From: a virus
Length of the DNA: 64,000 nt
Strand: one strand, 5' to 3'
IMG/VR virus record: IMGVR_UViG_3300024520_000055
Coordinates: 1 to 64,000 of that record
Shown here: one piece after another, positions 21,701-30,104 of the stretch
Numbering within the stretch: position 1 is the first letter of the stretch
Layout of the letters: each line of letters begins with the position of its first letter
Program-made: the position numbers and the translations under genes
Notes under the pieces: model-generated
What the model was told of the DNA's origin: nothing
The model's database searches: none
What the model saw: only the letters and a program-made list of their open reading frames with translations

Positions 21701-22013
21701 GTTGCTGGAAGCCAGCCCTGCTCCTGGATATGCAAAGACGACCCTGTGGATTGGTTCCAACGCCGACCAGCAGGGCGAGATCGTCGCAGGGGACCAAGAT
21801 AGAATTCTGGAACTGCGACTGCGCACTGATGAGGTGCGGGCCAAGACGGCATACCAGCTGGACAGCGCGGAGGTCCTGGGAAGCCTGGTTGAGCACACCC
21901 GCCACGGACACGGGACGATGGTCTCCGCACACCTCCAGACAGACGCCCCTCTCTTCTTCAGCGAGGACCTCACGCTCGAGGATCTTCAGGAGTGGTACTC
22001 ACTATGGGTCTGA
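15777..22013 (+). CDS. Large virion structural protein (2078 aa)
   Basis: Long acidic, beta-rich ORF in the tail module. Confidence 0.6.
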   Translation: MPVKIDGAFYDIDSASGDVLNQLKAALRLDDITYHGFTKQSGARVGRDPRAYDDYQQPPYSRIVSNPEHLYYDATGLLWTEEGDVPVPYDPHNYDDIPHGIGPDPALNRHGWVYNFSCRADYIDVSNDAGRLRFEREAAAPTTLDIRGYFWSKRWLRADRGFDLTWQFRELPDSVEEFQQLPLLGSAEGFAAVLITKESGSSNILALSDTGVIGGPAAIPDATSEIDVHFSWDPQTATATLSYTIGGVHTQLATRTFTAELPLRFVNLVFSDFPNYDAGIPGNLVANFGLNEPVYHPERNDASGRYAPGLEGVGAVERSAGPYAGIFAGWWRPLFITTTGWEDLSSVSPLLTPPAGVTENALVDVEADIQVGAGVYADSGGRRVLTWSIIDDRSRMEWQEDIVPGLSKYRCGLRTYSIPLPTGLDEDDIFMGDPAVINGAVCLVFGVKYASGDGQEGIYILDFHADALLHITKDNAYYEMTGLGSGMLHGFFTAISSQHLGDEFRAPALVRDHTPANNKPAAVHNAVPTADLSDFGDAFLLGRREFLSASQAAVAPHQCFAFKVAYADMGTLLITGYEDVQVFAPPIGLQSDARRWNFSGFLAGPIQDNAYSEGQGPTPNKNNLTGIGMAPLGVPSLWYPTARFGGSPTQNGYPRMTPFHQIPGWFFLTQGNMSGNLFKYLSAQGYARYTNIPTGMGLDEFLEQQKNALGAANVGDAPATLGLGLSKTIGRYLAQGRVPVLTDAVQQYDTVLVGPETDGDIIALDTFNAASALFDPEISVGQVVEVTAAGDALNIKEVTITEVLDTYTVKVTPDFNSTESGVTWNHLSSPFELTLEGTGDEGNEIEAADVRKHLGVIAVVVCSSIRNFYRVKNAYPHPTADDQIVIALAPLLLDGESASSFALPRNDAAYLSFMPMPWNVDIDGLAVQAVPVAFQRATDLTDPETIRYWILLRSVDGSVAELRRYQFNYDYDAQKLKAIFDRRFIQTAADQAWVGDEDFLSRSATQDFFMLGSENLTEASATLYGAITGREVEVTSGSEEKDRPYYFLKGTCWNWRDTIGLTWTMRLTTASPTTDGTVIPSPPSADNTTVLPLGAGTEIRLGAQPQDNMKGPVAHVSLLQQTAPYTMPRQGETGDSAAGFMPGLEGEGEWVDATTFRAIDDESGPPVFSSFLEDTDPSVAERLLVVYDQTDSRKRLLLRVEEILDGNTATVSTDLNEAFKSFADLLTWTSDIPVSERVEGTRFSWFFFIWRGAVSGGKLTFPNVFQATRKPFGGRLAFADAHVGDFIEVALVMNPAHFFPDKIPDTGYTTAYWASGDDTVYLREDLGEVFTRGMLGHALYLGGTEDEVYSIVDLIEELDDGTFRGAVLEEGGGAASFTDDQTAQVARFDSNVVENGVKGKIDATATPDEFLIEPYTSGAEIAGTEDVTYGTYWAFAAAEATEITGIAAGMKVLLAVSGWFLVEEIEFDTTTGEPLGLHLVEIDTGAAWTGGGPQGWTVYEVAEMRNYFSKLIAEASGVITVLDRAAHGTDNDGEHTIDDIAAGTEILAPAYPTHRPEAYAGVELDTATRVDQSDLSWKMKGLYQRWEIAAVLSETSVELDVPTQADFDTLAAFSFNGRYAWKHVTKRLQCPGANFVALDADQKKLTLDKSGDPNLDGFEFDIEEVESATQVKVDHYFDAPLLNSGAMRWGVGDVPYATVAYLPASTTITTAINGGVGGVYVLFPRGGTLPTLLAGKYLYLNFPYLDAESVYDEGLFGDYSDAYLTLSPALNSIAVEVTTRGNDGTYGDWALLDLDTDSPLLEPLNDAAEAQVYAWPVNAGYTQAEYVPALYTGEAKHVYADTLAANWFIFQNPAYMRAAGLGTPDMCPLCYMELSTTRENEQTKVTVTRHVVGKERTEEEGFYDGGVAEAFTQVLDALPRYESPAAPGATFGHRGDKFPVSEGYFLRVSFALITFSTTSQHRAEEQLEDLVGVPELLEASPAPGYAKTTLWIGSNADQQGEIVAGDQDRILELRLRTDEVRAKTAYQLDSAEVLGSLVEHTRHGHGTMVSAHLQTDAPLFFSEDLTLEDLQEWYSLWV

Positions 22014-22615
22014 TTTACGGCATCTCTGCGCTCCACCGGGGAACGGGAACGACGTTCGCCACCGAGACGACCTTCACGGCGCTGGAAGACCTCCCGGACC
22101 TCCAGGCGCCCGTGGCAGCGTTTCCCCTGCGAGACCTCATTAACAACACGCGACTGGGGGAGGCGTATCTCGACAACATTCGCAGTGTGCTCCTCGGAGT
22201 GTTCCGTGAGGTGTCAACGGGGTGGGAAATCAACCCGGTGTGGGAGGACAACGCGGCCCTTCGGGAACACGGGCACGACACGGCGGCACGCATTTTCATC
22301 CAGTTCGCCCTGGAGTCGTTCTTCGGATCTTACCTCCGCTCCAAGGTGGACTTGACAGGGATCCCCAATTCAGTGTTATACTACGACGTAGACCGGCAGA
22401 ACGCCGGACTCCACTTCTCCGTCCGACTGCCTTCCCTCGACCTGGGGGAGGCGCTCCGCGCGTTCCAACGCTCCCTACCAGACGCCTCGCTCCTGGAGCT
22501 GGCGAAGCGCGTCTGTGACGAGACCAAGTTTCCTCCAGACACAGACCTCAACGCGCGACTCTCCATTTGCTGCGGACTCATCCTGCTGACCTACTACGTG
22601 GAGGGACGGACATGA
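22004..22615 (+). CDS. Hypothetical structural protein
   Basis: Coupled ORF in the tail module. Confidence 0.55.
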   Translation: MGLIYGISALHRGTGTTFATETTFTALEDLPDLQAPVAAFPLRDLINNTRLGEAYLDNIRSVLLGVFREVSTGWEINPVWEDNAALREHGHDTAARIFIQFALESFFGSYLRSKVDLTGIPNSVLYYDVDRQNAGLHFSVRLPSLDLGEALRAFQRSLPDASLLELAKRVCDETKFPPDTDLNARLSICCGLILLTYYVEGRT

Positions 22616-25600
22616 CCGAGGAGCAGCAGCTCTACCGGAGCGATCTTCTGCTCTACATCGACGGCGTGCACATTCCGTGTGTCGGCGCCATCGTCCGCAG
22701 CGGGCGCTTCACGATCCCCGAGGCAGCCATTGACCTGGTGCCTCACCCCCAGCTTGCAGGAATGGGTCGGGACGACCACGTCCCCGTTGTACTCTTCGAG
22801 TACGATGGACAGTCTCCCTACGGTCCGATGGGAACGACCTCGTTCCGCGATGACTTCCCTCCCTTCTACGAGGCCGACCCCAAGTTCCCCGTACTCGGTG
22901 AATGGAAGTACGCATTCGAGGGCAACATCATCGGCTGGGAGTACGCAGTCACGCCGGAAGGCGTCAAGGTCATGCGCTTCAACTGCCTCCACGACATTGG
23001 TTGTCTCGTGACCTACCTGTTGAAGTACGCCGTTGGATACGACGATGCTTACAAAGTGATCGGACAGCGCACGCGCAGCGCAAGCCGGGGCGAGGTGCGG
23101 CGCTTGGCAAAGAACTGGGACCTGTACTATCCTATCTCGCTCTTCTACAAGAACGGATTGCCTCCCGCGATCAAGAAAAAGAAGAAGCCCAAGGAAGAAG
23201 AGAAGACACGGTCGGCTGTCTTGAAAGATGTTCTCAAAAACAATGAAGCACGTGGGAAGACGGCACTGATCGAGGGAAAGTCTGTTGCTTTCCTCTCCAT
23301 GGAAATTGTAGGAGACGAAATCTTCTACGAACTTCCGGACGAACGCATCGTGCTCAAGCGCGGCTCCTCTGCAATCGTTCGACGCGAACGCAAGACTCGC
23401 TTCAAGGCGGAGAACTATGCGGACGGACAGGTTGCAACGCGGCAGACCAGGGCTGGGCGTCGGCGCTCCAGCGCTGCCGACTACGTCAACCGTCCCTTCG
23501 ACGTCCTCTGGAACATTTTCAACGCGTGTGACAAGCAGCACCAGGAGCAATTTCGCTCCATCATCGTCGGCCGTTACTTCTGGCCTCGCATCTCACGCAC
23601 GCGGTTGCTCTACCGATTCCTTCCGGCCCCCCTCTTCGAACAGCCCATCGATCCCACCGAGCGCACTACCAAGTACGTCGGTGTCTTCGATTGCATCAAG
23701 GCTGTGGGGCACAGGTTCAAGTCAGGAGGCGCCCTCTACACACGCCTGAAAGCGTTCGAGGCGCTGCTCAAGCAGATGGCACAGATGGGGGGCGCGGGCC
23801 CGGCATGGGCGTTCTATCAGACGTTGTTCTCCCAGATGCTTTACGACCTGCTGTGCATCCCGAACCCCGCACTCTACGAAGTGGAGGCTTTGTCTACATA
23901 CAAACATGTGATCGGGGAGGGAGACCCCAACTTGGAGAACGACAATCATGTGTTGGCCAACTACACCACAATTCCCACGTCGTTCATGGGCGTGCCTCCG
24001 CGCTGCAATGTGATCTTCCCCAGCGAGAAGATCGAGTTCCAGTATCAGGAGAACTTCCAGTCACAACCGACGCGTGTCTACGTCGGAGACCTCTTTGCCA
24101 CCAAAGCAGGGCTTATCCGGCACAAGGGAATCCCGTTCACCGTGGGCTACCCCGAAGAGGCATTCGATCACCTGCGGGCTGGCAGGGTTCCTGGGAAGGC
24201 ATACCTGAACAACTACGCGTTCCTGATCTATCCCGAGGAGTACTTCTGTGGCCCACGCACATTCACCACAGGCATGCCTCAGTGGTGGCACATGATGCAG
24301 GACAAGGTCACGGGCAAGAAGAAGACTCCGCGCAAGGATGTGGTCACCACTTCTTCTGATGCAGTGACCGCACTGCAACAGGCGCAGTCCGAAGACCTCC
24401 TCAAGACACGCAACCAGACACACGCATACAAATTGGAACAGTGGGAGAAAAGAAAACAACAGGCCATCACCGACGCGCGCGAAAAAGCAGCCAGGGAGGG
24501 ACGCGACTACGTCCCAGGCGAGGAAGACTTCACCGAGGAGGCACCGAAGAAGGCGGCCGTGCACAAGGCCGTCACCCGTGAGACGGTGCAGAACTTTGTC
24601 ACAGGGCAGGTTGCGCCATCGGGGAAGAAGAAAGTCAAGAAGGGCGTCCCCTACAAGCTCGACATGGACCCCTTCTTCTTTGCCTACGCGCGATACATCT
24701 ATTACATCGAGCGCTACGGCGCACGCGTTGCCAACATCTCTGTGTCTGACAACCGCAACCACGTTGCTGGCTTGCCGTGCCTGGTTCTCGATCGCGAGAA
24801 GCCGGGGATGCACTTCTTTGGTTTCATCGAGAAGATCCAGCGAGAGTTCCGGCAGGATGGGCGCGGGATGCAACTCCAGATCACCTACGTAAGGGACATG
24901 TTGGAGTTCGTTGAGTCCCTCTCGGAATTGCAAGACAACAAGTTGCGCAAGCGCCTGGGTAGCGCGGAAAACAAGAATCCGGACGAGTTTTGGTACGTTT
25001 ACGACAAGCACCCGGGTCTCGTTGCGTTCAATGAAATCAACAAGGCGTTTAACACCACCACCGAGTGGGAAGATGACCAGACGTTCGTGGAACACATGGA
25101 GACGGGGCAACCAGATCCCGTGCCTACCGTTGCATTTATCACTGCGATCCCCGAACACGCTTCGGAGTACTACGGGCGCCTATTGTGGGGAGGAACATCC
25201 TACGAAGAAATCTTGTTGGGCGTTGCACCGGAATCGAATCCACGTTTCTCTGTTCCCTTGGACCAGATTTTCAAGATCGTCAAGGTGGACCGCAACGACA
25301 GGGAACTCGAGGACGGCGTAGCTTTCGACCCCAAACAGTTCGAGAACCAGGCCAAGTATGTGGGAGAGAATGCGCAAACGCTTCCCCTCACCTCGGAGGA
25401 AACGCACTACCGCCTGAAGTTCCTGGACCACCTCCGAAGCGAGGGGTTCGATCCCGTTGCGCGCTACGACGACGCGGTGAAGTACACGTGGCGGCCTATC
25501 TGCAACCTGCACCAGTACGTGCGATTCTTCGCGGCCACCTGGGAAGCAGTCCTCGGCGCCGAGCTGTTCGACAATGACTTCTACTCTCAGTTCATGGAGA

Positions 25601-25884
25601 GTGTCACCGATCCGTCGAAGAATGTTGCAGCCAGCTATCCGCGCTACCTGTACCTCCATCCCTACATGTTCCCCGCGAATACCGCGGGCGTGACCAGCGG
25701 TGACCTGAGTCACATTCCTCCGGGACCGCCAGTTGACATCGAAGAGAACACAGAGAGAGGAAGAAAGAAGCAGACCTACGGGGTGCCCGCGTTGGACGAA
25801 GTTCCTCACACGAGAAAAGCGTGGCAGTATATACTGACTTTCTATCGGAGGACTCTCCTTGATCTGGTGCCGGAGGAGTGGTGA
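22612..25884 (+). CDS. Putative baseplate hub-like protein
   Basis: About 1090 aa. N-terminal LLLYIDGVHIP and C-terminal GLPCLVLD...HFFGFIEKIQREF resemble hub-type proteins; genomic context agrees. Confidence 0.45.
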   Translation: MTEEQQLYRSDLLLYIDGVHIPCVGAIVRSGRFTIPEAAIDLVPHPQLAGMGRDDHVPVVLFEYDGQSPYGPMGTTSFRDDFPPFYEADPKFPVLGEWKYAFEGNIIGWEYAVTPEGVKVMRFNCLHDIGCLVTYLLKYAVGYDDAYKVIGQRTRSASRGEVRRLAKNWDLYYPISLFYKNGLPPAIKKKKKPKEEEKTRSAVLKDVLKNNEARGKTALIEGKSVAFLSMEIVGDEIFYELPDERIVLKRGSSAIVRRERKTRFKAENYADGQVATRQTRAGRRRSSAADYVNRPFDVLWNIFNACDKQHQEQFRSIIVGRYFWPRISRTRLLYRFLPAPLFEQPIDPTERTTKYVGVFDCIKAVGHRFKSGGALYTRLKAFEALLKQMAQMGGAGPAWAFYQTLFSQMLYDLLCIPNPALYEVEALSTYKHVIGEGDPNLENDNHVLANYTTIPTSFMGVPPRCNVIFPSEKIEFQYQENFQSQPTRVYVGDLFATKAGLIRHKGIPFTVGYPEEAFDHLRAGRVPGKAYLNNYAFLIYPEEYFCGPRTFTTGMPQWWHMMQDKVTGKKKTPRKDVVTTSSDAVTALQQAQSEDLLKTRNQTHAYKLEQWEKRKQQAITDAREKAAREGRDYVPGEEDFTEEAPKKAAVHKAVTRETVQNFVTGQVAPSGKKKVKKGVPYKLDMDPFFFAYARYIYYIERYGARVANISVSDNRNHVAGLPCLVLDREKPGMHFFGFIEKIQREFRQDGRGMQLQITYVRDMLEFVESLSELQDNKLRKRLGSAENKNPDEFWYVYDKHPGLVAFNEINKAFNTTTEWEDDQTFVEHMETGQPDPVPTVAFITAIPEHASEYYGRLLWGGTSYEEILLGVAPESNPRFSVPLDQIFKIVKVDRNDRELEDGVAFDPKQFENQAKYVGENAQTLPLTSEETHYRLKFLDHLRSEGFDPVARYDDAVKYTWRPICNLHQYVRFFAATWEAVLGAELFDNDFYSQFMESVTDPSKNVAASYPRYLYLHPYMFPANTAGVTSGDLSHIPPGPPVDIEENTERGRKKQTYGVPALDEVPHTRKAWQYILTFYRRTLLDLVPEEW

Positions 25885-26585
25885 TGGCAGTCGCGAGCAA
25901 CAGGGACCTTCGCAAACGCGACGTTGATCTTTACAACGCATGGCGGAAGAATCCCAGCGCCCCCACGCTGTCCCCTTTACTCCGTAATCTGGACCCGCTC
26001 ATTCACCGCGAGGTCAACCGCTGGCAAGGCACGCTGGCCCGTCCGTTTCTGGAGACGCAGGCCAAGAAGCTGGCGGTCGAGGCCATCGGGACGTTCGACC
26101 CCACGCGCGGGGTACAACTGTCCACGCACGTCGGCAACCGTCTTCAGAAACTGTCCCGGCCGAACTATACCTACCAAAACCTTGCGCGCATCCCCGAGCA
26201 CCGGATGATGAAGTTCTACACGTTCAATGCTTCGCGAGGGCGTCTCATTGAGCAGCTGGGGCGCGAGCCGACGGCAGATGAGATGGCGCGGGAGCTGGTC
26301 TGGAGTCTTCCCGCAGTGCGAAGGTTCCAGAGTGAACAGCGGAGGGAACTGCTGACTTCGCAAGAGGGCCCCGAGGAAGACTCGAGCGCGACAGACAACA
26401 TGGTTCACTACGTCTACCACGATCTCCCCCCGATGCAGCAGCGCATCTTCGAAATGAAAACAGGGTACCTGGGACACCCCGTGACGAAGCCCGCGACCAT
26501 TCGAAAGGAGCTGGGCCTCACGCAGGGACAGCTCTCGTATCAGCAGGCCCAGATCCTGAAGCGGTTCAAGGAGGCGCAAGAGTAA
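25884..26585 (+). CDS. Phage sigma70-family RNA polymerase sigma factor
   Basis: AIGTFDPTRGVQLSTHV (region 2), LGREPTADEMAREL (region 3), C-terminal HTH-like segment. Confidence 0.85.
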   Translation: MAVASNRDLRKRDVDLYNAWRKNPSAPTLSPLLRNLDPLIHREVNRWQGTLARPFLETQAKKLAVEAIGTFDPTRGVQLSTHVGNRLQKLSRPNYTYQNLARIPEHRMMKFYTFNASRGRLIEQLGREPTADEMARELVWSLPAVRRFQSEQRRELLTSQEGPEEDSSATDNMVHYVYHDLPPMQQRIFEMKTGYLGHPVTKPATIRKELGLTQGQLSYQQAQILKRFKEAQE

Positions 26586-26587
26586 CA

Positions 26588-27598
26588 ATGCAGTCCGTTC
26601 CCCTGCGCCCCCCCGCGACCGAAGAAGTCGAGGCTCCCAGCACTGGGACAGAGGAGATCCTGGGGAGCATTGTGCGTGTGCTGCTCAATCGTGCGTTGGC
26701 TCTGATCGGAGAGAGCACCGAGGCCCCCGAAGCCATCACGCGCGTGCGGCGCAAGTACACCAAGGCCCTCTGGATTGGAGCCGCAACAGCATTCAATCGG
26801 AAACAGACCAACGCAGCCCCCACCTACGAGAAGTTTGTCATCTACCGTCCGTTCACGCCCGACCTGCGGCGAAGCCAGGCAACGTCGGACAAGATTGCAC
26901 GGTGGGTTGCTGACCCGACAATCCAATGGTCCCCACACTTCACAGTGACCGAGAGCGGCACGTACATGCAACACGTGGACCTGTTGGACGAAGCACGCCA
27001 CACGCAGAATGCGGGAGGCGCCACCGACGCGAATGCAATTGGCATCGCAATCCCCGGGCGCGTCAACGACGAGATCCCCGAGACCGTTTACGCAGGGCTA
27101 GCAACAATTCTTCGGGAAATGGCTCACGCCTATGACATCCCGATGACCCTCAACACATTCGGGGAAGTAGTGCTCCCCGACTCAGAGGTGAGTTCTTTCA
27201 TCGATCCCGGTGCCAACTTCGACTTCGTGAAGCTCGCCCGCCTCACCAATGTCGTTCCTGTTTCAGCTGTTTCGACCTCGATCTTCGAGGAGTACGAGGC
27301 GACCGACGAGGACATGATTCTCGCAGCGGTCGAGAAGTTCTCCGAGGATGCCGTGGGAGCCGGGGTCGAAGCGATGACGGATCGCGCCAAGCGCCAGGTT
27401 CTCGGGTATCTTTCTGCCCGGCGACTGACTTCCCTGAATGAGAAAGCAGTTCGTGATTACGCCGCCGACGGAGAGCAAAAGCTGGCACGCGGGCTCGGAC
27501 GGGAATGGACTGGGCTCAGTGCCGCGCTGGAACTCGGAAGCGACGGCGACGACATTCCAGGGATGGATGTCAGCAACCTTCCGGAGGAGATCGTCTGA
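26588..27598 (+). CDS. Amidase_2/PGRP-like domain protein, probably degenerate active site
   Basis: SPHFTVTESGTYMQHVDLLDEARHT...AIGIAI...DPGANFDF follows the Amidase_2 scaffold. Confidence 0.6.
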   Translation: MQSVPLRPPATEEVEAPSTGTEEILGSIVRVLLNRALALIGESTEAPEAITRVRRKYTKALWIGAATAFNRKQTNAAPTYEKFVIYRPFTPDLRRSQATSDKIARWVADPTIQWSPHFTVTESGTYMQHVDLLDEARHTQNAGGATDANAIGIAIPGRVNDEIPETVYAGLATILREMAHAYDIPMTLNTFGEVVLPDSEVSSFIDPGANFDFVKLARLTNVVPVSAVSTSIFEEYEATDEDMILAAVEKFSEDAVGAGVEAMTDRAKRQVLGYLSARRLTSLNEKAVRDYAADGEQKLARGLGREWTGLSAALELGSDGDDIPGMDVSNLPEEIV

Positions 27599-28116
27599 TG
27601 TACTACGTGAGCCAAGGGGATCTTGCGATCATTCCCAGCGCAGCGCTGGTTGAAGCAGGGAAGAAAAAGATCTTCACCTTGGCTGAGATTCCCTCGGACT
27701 ACGCAACAAGCCCCATCATCGGGGAGATCCTGCGCCCAGGAGAAGAGGGCTACTTGTCTGTAACAGGCATCCAATACCTGTTCTGCAAGGTGTGCCGTGT
27801 TCTCCTCACCGATCCCGAAAGTGACCCCCTCGATCCGAGCGGCACGCTTCTCGGGTCATTGTCAGGCCAGGTCAATCTGTCCGAAGGAGCGCGGGACGCT
27901 ATCTCCACAGCGGTTCTCCAGGCCAAGGAGAAGATCCAGAGGGATGAGCTCGCGGAAAGAAACCTGCTCCCCTCCGAGCGCTTGGCCGAGATGGCAGTCG
28001 ACCGCTATGAAGAGGACTCCTCGACAGGAGGGGCTACTGTGTATATCAACGTCACCAATGCTGAAGGAACGACGTTCACGCTGTTCCTCGACGGCGTTTC
28101 TGTGGGAGTGGAGTGA
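27598..28116 (+). CDS. Baseplate wedge gp25-like protein
   Basis: GIQYLFCKVCRVLLTDP...GT...LLPSERL; lies just before baseplate J. Confidence 0.55.
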   Translation: MYYVSQGDLAIIPSAALVEAGKKKIFTLAEIPSDYATSPIIGEILRPGEEGYLSVTGIQYLFCKVCRVLLTDPESDPLDPSGTLLGSLSGQVNLSEGARDAISTAVLQAKEKIQRDELAERNLLPSERLAEMAVDRYEEDSSTGGATVYINVTNAEGTTFTLFLDGVSVGVE

Positions 28117-30104
28117 TGCCGACAGTCACCCTGGCCGAAGTTCGCGACAAGGAAGAGGCACTCGCCCAGTTCCTTGCTGACCATCTGCCCTCCGGAAAGT
28201 GGGGAAGGAACGATGCCCTGCGACAGCTCGCCGCACGCGCGCTGGCCTACATCCTCAAAGCCCTGGATAAGGACAGGGACACCATCCTGACCCTCATCAC
28301 ACGGGACGGCTTGCTGGCCAATGATCTGGACGGCGACCAGAATGCCATCGACGCTGCGACAGCGTTCCTCCGAGATCTTGCAATCGACACGGGCGACGGG
28401 GCATTCGCGCAGGGAAGTGTCGTCTTCTACACCACGCGGGAAGGAAACATCACAGTTCCACAGGGAACCAAGGCAACCATCGGCACGGTGGATTTCACTA
28501 CAACGTACATCGAAGACCACTCGATCGCATCCGAAGACCTCGTCGCCGTCCGCGATAGCAGAGGTGTGACTGTGGGCTACTCGTTCTCGCTCTCGTTCGT
28601 CGCTGACGAGCCCGGAGAGGACGGAAACGTGGATGTGGGCCCGGTTACCTCGTTCGATCCTTTTGACCCCTACGTTTATGCAGGGCAGGTCGTCCGGCAG
28701 TTCGAGGGAGGCCTCCCCAGTACGACACAGGAGGAAGTGCTCACCAACCTCCCGGATTACGTGGGCGCTGAGATCCTGGACAACGAGAGCAACATCACGA
28801 CGCTCTTACGCAGGGACGCGCCCTACATTGAGACCATCGACGTGATCAAGTCGGGGGCGGCACTGATGAGCCGCGACCGTATCTTCGATGAGAATCCCGC
28901 GCTGCGGTTCCACACGACGGGAATGGCCGACGTTTACATCACATCGGCTATCGTGGAAGGCATCCTTGCGGAGGGGTCCAAGGTTGGAGGCGTATTCGAC
29001 CTGGCCGCGCTGGACCCCGCGCCGCAGCACGACGTGCGCTTCTTCCGCGACCTCGAAACAGACTTCATTCTTCAGGGAGTGTTGGAGGGGGACATCCTCT
29101 ACCTTCGCGACAACTGGAGCGGCACGCAAAACCAGTACGTCATCGAGAAAGTCTGGAAGAACTACCTGATGGCCCGCGCTGAGACTCCGTTTCCCGAGGA
29201 AGCCTCCGGCGTGACGTACTCCGTGGGACGCAGAGGAACAGCCTACCAAGATGTGATTCCGGGTATCGGGAGTAGTGCTTACCCGGAGACGGGAGAAACG
29301 ACCTCGGAACTACAGGTTCCTGGGGCTGTGTTGCTTCCGTCCATTCCCTTTGTGTTTCTCGCAGATGTCTCGTTCCGCGATCCTACGAATACATACGCTG
29401 ACCCCAGCACCGGACGTGTCCACTTCACACGGCGAGTGAACGGCACTCCGGCTGATCCGGCAACCGTCGACCAATTGGAGTACCGGATTGAGCGCCTGCG
29501 CCCCCATTACGCGGGGTCGAGGGAAGCCCTGGTTCTCCTCCACGTCGGTGACTATACTGACTTTGCAGGCCAGGCGCTCTCCCTCCAAGCGGCAACGATT
29601 TACGGATACGCCACGGCCCAAGGGCAGTTCTTCGGGGAGGATATCCAGGAGCGCACAGTCAAGGGCGACATCTTGTTGCGCCAGAAGCACGGGACACAGA
29701 TTCCAATGACGGTGCGCTACGTCCGCGATAAGAACGCCAGCGCCGAGAACGTTTTCGAGGAAGAGGCCCTGCTCACCTATCTCGCCAGGACGTTGACCCA
29801 GGCAACCGACAATGAGCAGTTCGGCCTGGATGATCTGTCCCCCAGTGCACGGGAGGCATTCCCGGGCCTCCGCAGCCTCTATATTGACGCTGCCAAGAGC
29901 ATCGTGGACATGCCTGACGGCACGGTCCTCCAGTTCGACGGGCTGATCTACGACTTTGACACGGCGACTCCGGAGTCCCGGTTTGTAGGTGACGTGCTCC
30001 CGTCGCCCCCGCTTCTCCCTTCCGAGTGGGGAGTCGGACGCAAGACCGTCCAGTTCTACTGCACGGAGGACCTGATCACGGCCTCGGAGGAGACGACAGA
30101 ATGA
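28116..30104 (+). CDS. Baseplate J-like protein
   Basis: AQGSVVF...VPQGT...ADEPGEDGNV...GG...GMADVYI. Confidence 0.7.
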   Translation: MPTVTLAEVRDKEEALAQFLADHLPSGKWGRNDALRQLAARALAYILKALDKDRDTILTLITRDGLLANDLDGDQNAIDAATAFLRDLAIDTGDGAFAQGSVVFYTTREGNITVPQGTKATIGTVDFTTTYIEDHSIASEDLVAVRDSRGVTVGYSFSLSFVADEPGEDGNVDVGPVTSFDPFDPYVYAGQVVRQFEGGLPSTTQEEVLTNLPDYVGAEILDNESNITTLLRRDAPYIETIDVIKSGAALMSRDRIFDENPALRFHTTGMADVYITSAIVEGILAEGSKVGGVFDLAALDPAPQHDVRFFRDLETDFILQGVLEGDILYLRDNWSGTQNQYVIEKVWKNYLMARAETPFPEEASGVTYSVGRRGTAYQDVIPGIGSSAYPETGETTSELQVPGAVLLPSIPFVFLADVSFRDPTNTYADPSTGRVHFTRRVNGTPADPATVDQLEYRIERLRPHYAGSREALVLLHVGDYTDFAGQALSLQAATIYGYATAQGQFFGEDIQERTVKGDILLRQKHGTQIPMTVRYVRDKNASAENVFEEEALLTYLARTLTQATDNEQFGLDDLSPSAREAFPGLRSLYIDAAKSIVDMPDGTVLQFDGLIYDFDTATPESRFVGDVLPSPPLLPSEWGVGRKTVQFYCTEDLITASEETTE

